Below, piece by piece: positions 51,086 through 64,000 of a stretch of 64,000 bases of DNA. Where the stretch lies: contig NC_087437.1 of the NCBI RefSeq assembly GCF_036321535.1, positions 65,908,001 through 65,972,000 on the forward strand. Reading direction: 5' to 3'. Numbering within the stretch: the stretch's first letter is position 1; each line of letters opens with the position of its first letter. The position numbers and the translations under genes are program-made. Origin of the DNA: Camelus dromedarius. Taxonomy: Eukaryota. A model generated the notes under the pieces. That model saw only the letters and a list, made by a program, of their open reading frames with translations. It searched no databases and was not told the DNA's origin.

Positions 51086-51865
51086 CGAGCCTTAAGATAT
51101 ATAATACTTCTATTATCATTTCTATTCTTATTTTTTATTCTTTTATATTTTTCTAAATTGGGTACTAATAGGACCATGTGTGAGAGAGAATAAGGAGCAT
51201 CCCAGCTAAGTTTGCTTTCTATGTGGAGCAAGAAATGCTAGTATAAACATATTTGCATTTCAGAAACACAGTCGATTGAAACTGAGACCTGAAGAAACCT
51301 GGATGTGATTTGTTCTGTGAAATGCCTCCACTTTGTCAATAATTAAGCATCGCGGTAAAACTCATTTATCAAATATGCTAGTTGTATCACTTCTGATATG
51401 TGCTACGGACAACATTGTTGGAGAAATATAAACCTAGGAGAACCCAACTATTCAAGCTCTAGCTTTGCTACCAGAATACCATGTAACCTTGAACAAAAGC
51501 TTTCTCTAAGTCTCCTTTTCCAGGTCCAGAAGTGAGAGGTCTACAATATATAATCTTTGGTGTTCCTTTGATCTCTAAAATCCTATGATTAAATATCTTT
51601 CTTAAGATCTTAAGGGAATATACTTAACTTTTTCTGGATTTTAGATCCTGAGGGACCACAGAATTTACAAATCAGTTCAGGTACTGAGCTCTTGATCTAG
51701 TAAGAATAGTTTAATCCTTGACAGAAAATCTTGCCCTATTATTTTTAGAATCAGCAAGTCATTCTAACTTTGCTAAATTCCCATTCATTCCTTAAACATT
51801 ACAAGCCATGCCTATGAACTAATTAATCGTCACTTTGTCACAGAAAAGTGAAAGCATGGCAAGGG

Positions 51866-51984
51866 AGATTTTTAAAAACAGCTGCTGGACTTCTGATAAG
51901 TAGAGAGAGACCAAAGGGAAAGGGCTAATGGCGTGGGCACACTTCTCTACTCATCAGAAGTCCAGCAGCTGTTTTTAAAAATCT
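51866..51984. repeat. Near-perfect inverted repeat: 41-bp arms (40/41), 37-nt spacer
   Basis: left arm 51866-51906 agatttttaaaaacagctgctggacttctgataagtagaga; right arm 51944-51984 is its reverse complement with one change. Confidence 0.95.
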
Positions 51985-51999
51985 GGGTCAGGGACAGGA

Positions 52000-53590
52000 A
52001 GTTCACGCTTTGACCTTGTTGGTCTTCCCCCAAATAACATGGCAAAGGTAAACTATAAAAAAGAAAATAAAAATTATATTTCAGAGTTCAAAGGGAGAGA
52101 AAAAAAAGATTGATCTCTCCATGGATGAGAAAAAACAACAAATGCCGAAGAGTGAGTTGGTAAAGCCATGAACCTGCCGGTCTCCACATCCAAAATTAGG
52201 TGGAGATGGCTGTGTAACTAACTGGAAGTCTACTCCACTTGAGACAAGGGACCTGGATTAGGATCATTGCCTTAGTCAGAATCTGCCTAAGCTAAGAGTT
52301 AGGAGCGTCTGTGTAGCTAGGGAGATAAGAGGACACAGATCCAGTCTTGAAAGCAGGAAAAGAACCAAGCCACATACTGGCCTGGTGACCTGAGGTATCT
52401 CTGACATCACTGTGGCCAAGAGCCCTGAACTGCCTTTAGAGCATCTGGTTCTGAAATGGAATTCCAGGGGGTCATGTAAAGAGACAATCATAAAACCAGT
52501 GATTTAAAGAAGTAGACACAGGGAAGGAAGAGAGGAAAGAAGCAGACTGAAAACAAATAACAACAAAAGCATTTCAACTCAAAATAAGCTTGCAAATCAA
52601 AGTTCCAAGATCTGAGAAAACTAACCCTTAAAAAAATAGTCAATAAAATGTGAAATCAGAACATAAATTCATCCAGAAAGAAATTAGTTGTGATGAATAG
52701 TGTAACAAATTGGTTAAAACAAAGAAGCTCAAAGAGATAAATAAGAGAATGACAGTTATAAAAAGAACCAGCCATTATGGAACAAAAACAGGCATAAATG
52801 AAGCAAAAACAGATAGCTATGCAAAATAACCAAATAGAACTACTCTTCAAATAGCCCTTGAAATTTTATAATTATTTAATAGAATGAGCTCTAGACTCAA
52901 TAAAGTACTGGTCACTGAAAGCTCAAATTGAGGAATTCACCCCAAATTTAACAGAGACAAAGAATTTAAATGTATAAAAGAGTGGTTACATGAATATAGT
53001 ATGAGTCCCAGAAAAAAAGAATGAACAGAATGACAGAGAAGCAACATAATTTACTTCACATAAAAGTAATAGCTGAGAGGACAAAAGAAATAGTTAGAGA
53101 TGTGTTTTGTGTTGCTTTGATCCCATTTGTGGGATCCAAAGCCACTTCTTAGAGGATATATAAACATGTTAAAAAAATTTTTAAAAAGTAATGGCTGAGA
53201 ATTCTCCAGAGCAAAAAAAAAGACATAAATCCTCAGATTAAAAGTTCACTCTTAGTAACAAAAGGATAAATAAAAATAAATCCCCACCTAGGAATGTTGT
53301 CATGAAACTTAGAACATAAAGAATTAAAGGAAATCATAAATGTGCCAGAAAGAAAACATAGATTATTAAAAAAAAAAACCCACAGATTATCAGACTTCTC
53401 AGCAGCAACATTAAATGCTACAAAACAATAGAAAAAGCAGTCTTCAAAATGCTGAATGAACAAAACTTTCAATTTAGACTGTTACATCCAGCCAAACCAC
53501 AATTTGAGTGATGAAGAAAATAAAGATATTTTCAGACACACAAAACTAAAACTATTTATAATCCATAGACCTCCACTGAAAGAACCTTTG
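52000..53590 (+). mobile_element. Very old L1/HAL1-like 5' region with ORF1 remnants
   Basis: aatggctgagaattctccagagc...gacataaatcctcagattaaaag...tcagacttctcagcagcaacattaaatgc. Confidence 0.65.
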
Positions 53591-54107
53591 CTTTGCCAGT
53601 CAGGCTTCCTGCCCGCAGCTTCCTCAGCCATTCTCCACTCCCAGACCACTCCTACCTCGCTCTGCTCCCTGCCTCTTCTATGCTTGATGCCCTGATGGTG
53701 CCCACGCCATTAACCCTTTCCCTCTGGTCTCCCTCTACTCTCCCTCCCTTCACTCTCCCCATCCTTTGACCTGGTTCTCCTTATCCCCACGCTTCAGGCA
53801 CCAACCAACTGCCTTCTCCTACATCTCACCTTCGTAAGCCCACTAGCCACACGTCTGTTGCCTGGCTTTTCTGCTGTCTCCTTCTCTAGAGCATACAACC
53901 CGGGCAACCTAAGACTAGAAGCATAAGAAAGGCTGCCCCATTATCCCTTTATGCAGCTGGGTTAGTGCAGGAGGTAGGTTGGCGGTAAGAAATATGAGTG
54001 CCAGGGAGGAAAGGAAGAGGTCCAAATGATGAGAAGAAACATGTAACAGGAAGGAACACTGAGAATGCCAACCATTACTGTAAGCCACTATCCTAAAATA
54101 TCTTTCC

Positions 54108-54113
<6 letters not shown>

Positions 54114-54204
<91 letters not shown>

Positions 54205-54209
54205 CAGAG
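54114..54209. repeat. Compound microsatellite (TG)n(AG)n(ACAGAG)n
   Basis: directly visible. Confidence 0.97.
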
Positions 54210-57200
54210 GCAGAAGGAGACGTGACTGAGATTATGTAGTTTTTAAATACATGTCTCAAATCAGGAGCAGCTAATCCAATAGCACTTTAGTTTCTTGACC
54301 GTCTTGGATAATAGGGTTTGATGGAGTTTCCCATCTTAACATGAGTCATTATCATTTGTGCTGTGAAACTGCCAGGACAGTGATCCTCCCACACAGGAGT
54401 GTATTGACCTAAGGCCTGATCTTTCCCCAGTGCAGTCTTACTGGTCAAAGCCTCAGTTCTCCATCTTCAAACAAGCAGCTTGATCTGTGCTCAGCACGTA
54501 GGAACACTCTGGCTGAGCATGTACGCCTTCTTTTTAGTTTCTGGGGTTTGCATGTTGCTTTGAGGGTAGAGTTTGTCCATGGAGGTTTCTGCAGTAATAA
54601 AGAACTGTTTTATTTCAGGCCTGGTGGCCTCTTGACCAATTTAATGGCCTATTAACACCACCTAACATCTTTTAAAGAGACTTCACAGAAACAAAATTAT
54701 GACCATTTCTGTTGACTTTGGCACGAATTTAATTTCCCCAAAGCATTGCATAAATAAAGAGCAGAAAACTTCCAAATATGATAAGAAGTGACAAGTATTA
54801 TTTTTAATTGATGAGAAATATAAGAAGTAGATGTGCCTCTAAAAAGACAAGTAATTTGGGAGTTCTAGTTTAAAGATGAGATTAACATATGTACCATATC
54901 TCAGCAGATTTTGCAAATGAAATATCTTTTTATGGTGTTTATTTCTCTTTTATTACAAAGAAAATATAGAAAAGGCCAAAGGAAAAAAAAAAATCAGGTT
55001 TTTCTGGCATTTCCCTAGAGAGGGCCATGATTCCATGATTAACTTTTGGAATCTTATTTTTTAATCTGCTTTTTTTTCTCTCAATACATATAATAATTAG
55101 CTTAATATATCATAAAATTTTCTTATGAAATTTAATACTACTACAACATAACATTATTTTATGATTATATAGTATTTCACTGTGTGAATGTATCATAATT
55201 AGTTTAAAGGAGGATTCTCTTTTTGGCTATTTGGCTGTTTCCAATTTCTCACAATGATAAATAATGTTGCAACAAACCTTCTACAAAAAATTTTTTTGCA
55301 CCACTTGGATTATCTTTTTTCCTTCCTGAAGGCTGGAGTAAATAGCTTGACAACTTTTAAGTGCCAATTTTCTTCAAGCTCAGGCTCTCTCAAGAGTGTT
55401 GATGCTCTGCTGTCAATTACTAGACAGCTTGATTTTCGTAGGAAGATGGTCCATCATTCTTAATGGGCAGCATCATGATTAGTAAACTCTTCATTTCTAT
55501 CATGAAACCTTAGATTTGTTTTTGCCAATTAAAAAAAAAAATCAAACCAATTAAAAAAATCCTGGACTGACTTGAATGCCAACTTTCTGAAGCAGCTGAA
55601 ATTAATTTTGATGTGTTTAATATGAGTCTGGGAACTGTTCTCCAAGAATTGTTATTTTTAGAGTTTTAGTAGCTGTTCTTGTGCCTTCTCAATGCCAGTT
55701 CATTGTTAAGTGTATCAGATCTGTAATGTACATTTTAATTAACTCCATGATTGAACCAAATAGAATTCTGCAGAACTTAATTGAAATTTTGGAGATGCTC
55801 GATGGGCATCTTAACACATAGTTCAGTCCTATTTAACGTGAGTCAGAAAAAAAGGCGTCTTTGGCTCACCAATCTGCCGCCCTTACGTTAGCAGTCTCTC
55901 TTAAATCCCAGCAGGCAGAGAGTGAAGTCGCTTTGGATGAAAGCCTAAGAACACACTGACTTCAGAACACAAAATCTTCACCTAGCTTCACTTGGGGAGG
56001 AGTTAGCAATAGTCATCCTAACAAGAAGCAGAATTTAAGCTCCATGGACATTAGTAAAACTGTTTATGTTCAAATAGCCAAAAAGGTAGGGGAGAGTGGA
56101 GAGGGGGTAGAATTTTCTCCTATTTACCTGTTTCATTTGATTATTTCTCTTTTATTAGTGCTTTTTGATAACACAATATCTAAATACATAATCATGGGGT
56201 ACAATAGTTCTCATAATTTTATCACCATTAAAAAAGAGGAAGAAAATGCAGATTTATCCCAGCTGACCTGATTACTGTAAAGTAAGCTTGATTGATTAAA
56301 ATAGAATCTTTCTTTTCTGTGTATAAATAATATTCTGAGCATCTTGAGATCCCAAGTCACAGCAGCTAAAAATTAAGTTCATGGCTTATGGCAAAAGCAA
56401 CATATCTTAAGATATGTCAGATTTTCTGGCTGAAAACAAATAACTAGGGAAAATGGGCATAATGAAAGCATAGAATTTCCAAGTTAATTCCTAATGTTCT
56501 TAGCAGTCCTGACCCTGGAAGAATTATACTCAAGTTTTAATAAAGGCCAATTCAGAAGCAGCAGTGTAGAACTCAGTGTTCATGGCAATCATCAAGGTGA
56601 TTATAGAAACCAAGAAGGCTTGTTTTCTCATAAACCTCTATCATTCAATTTATAAAAATCAGATAGCACTGCCTGGCTCATTAATAGTTTACGTGAGTTC
56701 AGACTGTAACGATGCCAGAGAAAGAAAGAGAAGCCTTCAGAAGAGCTGAAAGAGGAACCCAGGGGAGAAACAGAGCATGTGCTGAGAGCTCAGGGGAACA
56801 CAGGGCACAATTTTAACCACACCCTCCACCCCTACACCTGAGCCAGAGGAACATGTGGGGAGCACAGAGTGACTGCAAGAATAAAAGCTCCTTCATGTTC
56901 TCTCTTTATGATCAAAACAAAGGAAATGACGTGATCTTCCATCATCCTGTTGTGACTCAAGGTAGATTAGAGTTGGGAAATTAACAAAAATGCCTAGGGT
57001 CAATGTGCTGTGACTATGGGGAGGAAGAGCAGAATCAGGAACTAATAAGATGAGTCTAGGCTTATTGCCAAGCTGGCCAGGCTAGAAGGATGGGATTGGG
57101 TTCTCCCTGAGGAATATGAGCATGTAAGTCACCAGATGACAGGGTCTCATTCCCAGATTCAGTTCATAGGAAATAGGAACCACTGAGGAAGCTTCCATGG

Positions 57201-60200
57201 GGCCTTACATACCAACAAGAGTAAACAGCCCCAGCACTCTAGAGTTTACAAAGCACTTTCGTCTTCTTCTTCTCATTTCTATTCCATGGACTCCTCATAT
57301 TTCCAACCACAGGTAAACTCTTAGGAGAAATGTTGCCTGAAATACTTTGTAATTCCCACATTATGAGGGAAAGATTCAGTAAAGTCTTATAAATGAAATC
57401 TTGAGAGAGCCAGGTTCTGAGGAGTAGCTAGCACACAGCAGTGTGTAGCACTCTGGACTTGCTGCCCTGGTGGGCTCACTCAACAGGCTCAGTTTTGTTC
57501 TGCTCCCCCAGGGTGTTCCGAGAGAGAATGTCCCACTACTTGAAGAGAACATGTGCAGGCTAGTCCTGCCCAGACTGTGGTAAAGAGATACCGGACGGGA
57601 CTGGGAAGACTTTGCTGTCTGCAATCCTTCACTCCCTTCCTAAGTGGACACATGACATTTCCAGAGGCAGAGAACACTATTCATCCACTTTCCAATCAAG
57701 TGAGGCTGGCATCCCCAAACGGGTGAGGCAATCACCAAGACTGAACTCTTTCCTGCACTTCAGATTCCCAGTGCGTGATTTGGCCCTGGGAAAGAGGTTC
57801 CACATTGATTCAATAAATTTTACAAGCAGCCTCCACCTTCCAATATCTAGTCTTGCTTTCAATATCATAGCTCTGTGTATTGCTAACACAAATCTACACT
57901 ATGGGGCACTAAATCCTGGAGAGCCATCTCAGCCAAAGCCAAAAGCTCTTCCATGTTACCATTCATGGCAAGGCTCTAGCATTTTACAGCCAGCTTTGGC
58001 CTTGCTCCCATTATGAAAGCCTGACCCCAAAGGGTCCTGGACCATGCATCCAGCAGTCCAGCTATGGGTCTGGCAGTCTGAGCTATTTCAAGCATTAATG
58101 CATTCATGGAGGCGTAGGGGAGTTCTTAACTTTAGAGGATGAAAGAAGCAGTCAGTGAAGGTATTTCACATCTCTTCCTGCTCAGGTTTAAGTAAGTCCC
58201 ACAGCCCTGGGGGTAAATGGCTTCCCCATTTACCTAGCCAACTCCAGATGGCTCTGGAGTTCCCTAGGCCTTGGAGTTAGGTCTGCAAGTGAATCAGCAG
58301 AATGCTAACCTGAGTGTTTGTGGTAAGGGAGCAACAACCCCTGAAGGCCTGTGAAGCCACATGGGTGTTAAGCAGGGCTCAGAAGTCTCCCTCCTAGGTC
58401 CTCCTAAGCAGCTGGGTTATAGGTTGGAACTTCTCTGGGCTTTTCGCTGTTCTAGCTGCCACGTCAGTCATCCATGAGCATTCACAAAAGGAAGACCGAG
58501 TGAGGGTAATTCAGAGAGAAGCAGTGACAGAGAAGAAATAAGGCAAAGAGAGAGTTGGAGAATGAGCAGTTTAAGGGAATGCAGGAAAGAACAGGAGAAG
58601 GATTGAGGAAGAGCAGTCACTGTGGCTGCACCCACTCAGTGGCACTCAGCGTCTGGTACTATTTACATCCTACACTTTGACCGAACCTCTTAAAGACTTT
58701 TGCTTTAGCAGGTAGTTGTCCTTATTTGTGTTTCATAGATGGAGACATGAAGGGTGAGGACTGGAGTGTTCTTGCCCAAGAACACACAGTGAAGCGGTCA
58801 GAGATTTTCCCAGCTCCTCATTTGTCCTCTGGCCTCTGGAGACTAAAATGCCTGTTGATTAAGCCTTAACTACTTTATGTCCTTTGAAACTTCTCCCTTC
58901 ATTGGGTTCCAAGACTGCCATAGCTGTTCTGTATACTTTTTAATTAGAGAGTATTGTATCATTGTTTTTCCAGAATTGTACCAAAGATCAGAATAATGAA
59001 AATCAATTACAGCCTCTGAGAGATGCAAGCAGCTCTTGAGATCACCGAGTTGTCTCCTCACTTTCTAGATTAGGAGCCTGCATACAGTCCGGAGAGGTGA
59101 AGAGGTTCACCAAAATCACCTGGCCTCACAAGGAGAGCTGGAGCTGCAATCTGGATATCTTAATTTCTAGGAAGCTCTTACCAGACATAGATTAGTTTCT
59201 TATTTTATACCAAAGTATTTAGCATTCCAAATGGGTGAATGATAGCAGAGAACTCAGTGTGATCCAAAGCTCTGATTTCTGGTGTTTCTTCAAGGGTGTT
59301 TCTGGCTTTCAATCTGTTAACCATAAGGAATATTGAATTTAGCAAAGTACATCGAAGTTTTCTGTGCAACATGTTAAGAACAGCTGAAACCAATTAAATG
59401 CTAATCAATTTTACTCTGTCTGATGCAGAATGGAAAAAATGTTCCAGAGGTCTCTCCACCCAGAGATGTTCTTGGCAATGGGTTTCTGTGCCGTGGGCCC
59501 CCTCCCATCTCTCTTAGTCATATACACTCAGAAAGAGGAGACCTGGCCAACTCCCTTCAGAGCTGAGAGGAGAGCAGAACCCAGCTCAGGCTTTTCCCTT
59601 GAAATGAAAGTTCATCCTGGGAATAGAAGGCTGCAAACCTGGGACGATGCACATCACAACTATGAGAACAGAAGGGACTGAGGAAGGCAATGAAGTCCAA
59701 CCACAATTTATCAATTCTCTGTGGCCACCTCCTGGAGTTTACCGAGGTCTCTCTTACCTAATCTCCTGACGCTATTTCCCCCCGGGCACCACCCTCCTCT
59801 TCTATGAGAGATAGGGAGCAAATGAAAGATGTCCATATCTGACCAATTGGGGTTTGAATTTGGGATCTGCAGTTATTAGATATAAGGCAAGTTATTTAAC
59901 CTCCTCAGGCCTTAGTTATTTACTTATTGGTTAAAACAGAGTACTAATACCAACCTTTAAAAATTAAATGAGATAATGTTTAGAGTATCTGATACATAGT
60001 GGATGATCAACATGCCTTCTAATTAATTATTCACATACTCTTCTTCTCTATTCAAGCCATTTCAGTCACTTTTCTATTAGCCTAGTTCAGTGTGTCACAG
60101 TGTGTGTGTGTCTATCTGGTTATCTGTCTGACTGTCCTGCTCTATCTGTATACATGAGATGAGATGAGAATATGTATATTAGGAAGCCACTAGCCCAAGG

Positions 60201-60629
60201 GCCCTGATCCATTGCTTGTGTGAATAGGGAACATATTTCTCTTAACTCTGCCCAGAAGTCTGTGTCCAAGGTAACTATCAGCTTCTATCCCCACGGCCTG
60301 AAACTCATGGCCTCTGGAAGATGCCCACCGCTCTCCAATTCACATCAGTCTGAATGTATGTATTTTTGAATCTGTTAACTTTCATGTACTATGTGCATAA
60401 AAGTATCTACATGGGTAGATAGACAAATGTATCAAATTATATCTTTATTAACTTTTTATTTAGATAACCTCACATCTTGATTAATTAATTATATTTATAT
60501 TATTAATTTAAAATACTTTACTAACTTGGTGCTTTTACTCTTTTGTATTTGTGTAAAGGGTGGGAGTGGGAATGGAGAAAATGATATTCCTGAATCAAAT
60601 CACCAAGTGTTTATTAAGACTTGAAAGAG

Positions 60630-62950
60630 ACGTAGTGACTTCTGCTTCCAGAAAGGTGAGGAAATGTGCTCTTACCTATTGCTCCCACTAAGCACAAGTG
60701 AAAACTCTGGGCATAAAATATAAAACAAACATAAGAAGCCTCTGAAAGGTGGAGAAAAGACAGGATTTTAGGATCCAAGGAATCGAATGGTGATGAATTC
60801 CCTGGGTTTTCTCTTTGCCTCACACATCCCAAATGTGGAGGTGAAGAACATGCAACTCAGAAACACCAACAGAGGCAGACAAAAGAAACCCTCAACAAAA
60901 ACCTGATCTCTCTAGCCAAAGGACCAGAAAATGAGCATTGTAAAAAGACAGAAAACTTTTAGACAAAACCCACTCTACTCCAGTGAAGCACCAAAGGAGA
61001 AACCATGCTTCGACCTCTCCCACACCAGCAAAGTCCTAGTGAGGATCTTAGACATCCACTCGTGGGAGGCTGTAATGAGGCACCCCACACCCTCTGCTGG
61101 GGTGGTGCAAGAGTGTCAGTGGAGACCGCACGGGGAGCCTGGAGTTCTATCCCCATCAGCAGTGATGAGCCGTCCTTCAGCCTCCTTGCTGGGATGACAT
61201 CAGAGGAAGCCTAGTGAAGAGTTAGAACTTCCACCAGCACCCTGTGGAAATCAGGCCACCTCTACCACAGTTCCAGTGCAGACCACTTAGAGAATCAGAA
61301 TTCCCAACCCTCTCCCACAGTAATGAGAGGCTCTTCACCTTGGGTATCAATGGAAGCTGAGTGAGGAGCCTGGACTTCTACCTCCACTTGGCAGTAGCAA
61401 GGTGAATGTCTCCTTCTCCTGCCAGAGCAGTGTCCAAAAAAAGCCAGCTGAAATGAAAAGTTTAAATAAGACCTAGAGTCTCATAACCTAATATGAAAAT
61501 GTCCAGATATCAATCAGAAACCACTCATCGTAACAAGAGCTAGGAATATCTCAAATTGAATGAAAAAAGACAATCAGCAGACGCCAACACTGAAATAACA
61601 GAGATGTTAGAATTATCTGACAATGATTTTAAAGCAGCCATGATTAAAAAAAAAAAAAAAAAGCCTCAACAAGCAATTAGAAACATGTTTGTAACAAATG
61701 AAAACCAGAAAGACTCTGCAAAGAAATAGATGACATAAAGAAGAATCAAATAGAATCCTGAGAACTAAAAATACAAAAACCAAAATAAAAATATCAGTAG
61801 ATGGGCTCAACAGCAGAACAGAGGGGACAAAGAAAAGAAATAGTGAAGCAGAAGATAGAACAATGAAAATTACCCAAACTGCAGCACCTGTAGGGGTCAG
61901 CCTCAGGCAGTGACTGCTGATGGGTGGTGATACTTCCCCACCTAGTTAGTTGTTTGGCCTGTGGCATTCCAGCTCTGGAGCCTAAAGGCTGTTGGGTGGG
62001 GCCAAGTCTCAGTGCTAATGTCCAAAATGTCAGCCTCCTAGAAGGAGAATTCATTCAGATGAACACCCCTGAATGTCCACCACTGTGTCCACGCCCCCAG
62101 GCTGAGCCACAGCCACTCCACGCCTCCCCAGGAGACTCCCAAGCCCAGCAGGTAGGTCCGGTCCAGGCTCTTACGAAATTACTGCTTTTGTCCTTGGTTT
62201 CAGTGCGTGTGAGATCTTCTGTGTGACCCTTAAGCATGCAGTCTCTGATTCCCTCAGTCCCCTGGAACTCCAGTAATCAAGCCCCATTGGCTTTCAAAAC
62301 CAACATTCTGGGTTCTCCTCTTCCCAGGGCCAGACTCCCGGGCTGGGGAGCCTGATATGGGACTCAGAACTTTCACTCCCGTGGGAGAATCTCTACAATA
62401 TAATTATTCTCCAGTTTGTGGGTTGCCCACCAGGCATGTTTGGGACCTGATTATAACAAGAGTCTGTCCCTCCTACCAGTCTCGTTGTGGTTTCTTCTTC
62501 AAGTTTTTAGCTACAGATACTTTCTGGTAGTTTCGAGTCTTTTTTATCACTAGTTGTTCTGCAGTGAGTCATGGTATTGGTGTGTCTGTGAGAGGAGGTG
62601 AACTCCAGCTGCTCCTACTCTGCCTCTTCAAAGGCAGTCCCTGATGCGGTTCTAAATGTAGATACTTAAGACAATTATATTATAAATGGGGGAGGGTAAA
62701 GATACATAAAGTGGGGTAAGGCCTCTCCAACATTACTCAAACTGATAAAATGACGACACCAAAAGACGGATAACTTAAGTAGTATCATGTAATACTTAGA
62801 GCAACTACTAAAAAAGCTATTCAAAGACATACATTCAAAACACTACAGGTAAATCAAAATGGAATTATTAAAAATGTTAAGGTAACCCATAGGAAGGCAA
62901 AAAACAAACAAAACAGAAAACAGAAAACAAAAAATAAAATGGAAATAATA
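60630..62950 (+). mobile_element. Old L1M 5' region (5'UTR, partial ORF1, inter-ORF), interrupted
   Basis: gacttctgcttccagaaagg start; gagatgttagaattatctgacaatgattttaaagcagc; gatgggctcaacagcagaa; similar to 27545-30157. Confidence 0.8.
61880..62632 (-). mobile_element. 5'UTR-only fragment of a younger L1, antisense to the host L1
   Basis: minus strand begins aagaggcagagtaggagcagctggagttcacctcctctcacagacacacc, like an L1 5' start; GC-richer than its flanks. Confidence 0.75.
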
Positions 62951-62957
62951 AAAAATG

Positions 62958-64000
62958 CTCAGGAGCTCACAAGTGCACAGGCCAGCACACAAATGCCAGG
63001 GTTGCTAAGCCGCCACTGCCACCCGCCTGTGGGCCCAGGCTTGCCACTGCCACACTCACAGGCCTGCTCCTGGCTGCAACCAAGCGCCATCCACCACTGG
63101 TGGGGTAGGGGAGGCATATTCTCCAAACTAAACTTGACTTCACAGGCCCATGGTCTCGCTCAACAAGGCTGGAAGCGTCCACTCACCTTTTACCTTCATG
63201 GCAATGTCCTTATAGGACCACCACCTGTTGAGTGACTGCAGGCCACCATCCCTAGACTACACCCAGGGAGCTGAGAACAGCCCAGTACCTCAGCAAATAT
63301 GCAGAGCTGCTGACCATCACTACAGTTGGGAAAAGTGATCAGACCACCTACACTGAGGTATCATCCACACTAAAGGACTGGTTAGGGAGTGCTTGGCTGA
63401 CACAGAACACAGTGCCAGACCCTAGCTACCATGTTAGTTTTGAAAGGTTTTTCCTTTTTTTTTTTTTTTTTTTTAACAAGAAGTTACAATTGTCTCTTCT
63501 GTTCAGATGAAACATGTTTTCAAAATGGTAATGGTTTGGATTTTCCTCCCCTTTCCCTCTCATGGCTTACTAGGCTCTGAACCTATAGAAAAGATTTTAC
63601 AGTTGGTTAGAATTTGCATTTTAAGTAGTTAGGAACTATTCAGGGTTTTTATTTTAAAGCATTGATTAAAAAGGTGCACATAAAAGTATCTACTCTTGTA
63701 GCAAACTATAGTTTGCCTCCAAGATACCAGTGTCCCACTTTAATCTTCTCTGTTGAATACATTTATGTAACCCAAATTGTTCCTTATTCTTTCTCATAAG
63801 CCAACACAACTCTAAGGATTTTGTTTTTAATGAATACTAACAGCCCACTTCATGTTTTTAAATTTTTATTTTACTGACAGCTATACAATACAGATTCTAC
63901 ATAATATAACTTTTATTTTGCTTAAGCATTTGCATGACTATTACTGTTTTGAAGTCAGTTTAAAAAACTCACAAGCTATAAATACAGAAAAAAGAGCACT
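62958..64000 (+). pseudogene. CDK2AP1: CDK2AP1 (DOC-1) processed pseudogene, runs off the window end
   Basis: intronless decayed CDS ~63116-63425 (AGSVHSP..MA, LLSD..PPSL.YTQG, KYAELL.I, GIIH.KGLVRECLA.TE..AR.*), preceded by GC-rich 5'UTR-like sequence and followed by a recognisable 3'UTR (tgcttaagcatttgcatgactatta); ATG lost, frameshifts, internal deletion. Confidence 0.93.

Noticed and set aside
63116..63425. Functional CDK2AP1 retrogene
   Set aside because: Start codon lost, multiple frameshifts, in-frame stop and deletion of the GSKSAMERLK segment

Overview
Mammalian, repeat-rich non-coding DNA, most likely camelid (two tRNA-derived SINEs look like camelid Vic-1). I found no intact protein-coding exon. 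The main contents are: (1) a decayed CDK2AP1 processed pseudogene at the right end (~62958 to beyond 64000). (2) A ~5 kb internally deleted class I (gamma-like, HERV-W/ERV9-related) provirus on the minus strand (37349-42332), inserted into an older L1. It has a tRNA-Arg-like PBS, a PPT, an in-frame gag-MA/RT deletion junction, and a strikingly CpG-rich, promoter-like 3' LTR. (3) A solo LTR. (4) Many L1, L2, CR1, MIR, hAT and ERVL/MaLR relics, including a twin-primed 5'-inverted L1. (5) A repeat-poor regulatory block at ~11.7-14.3 kb with divergent CTCF motifs, a double AP-1 palindrome and a candidate minus-strand first exon. (6) Recent local rearrangements: a 41-bp near-perfect inverted repeat and a 112-bp tandem duplication. 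Repeat family names are from recall of consensus sequences, not a database search, and boundaries of old repeats are approximate.
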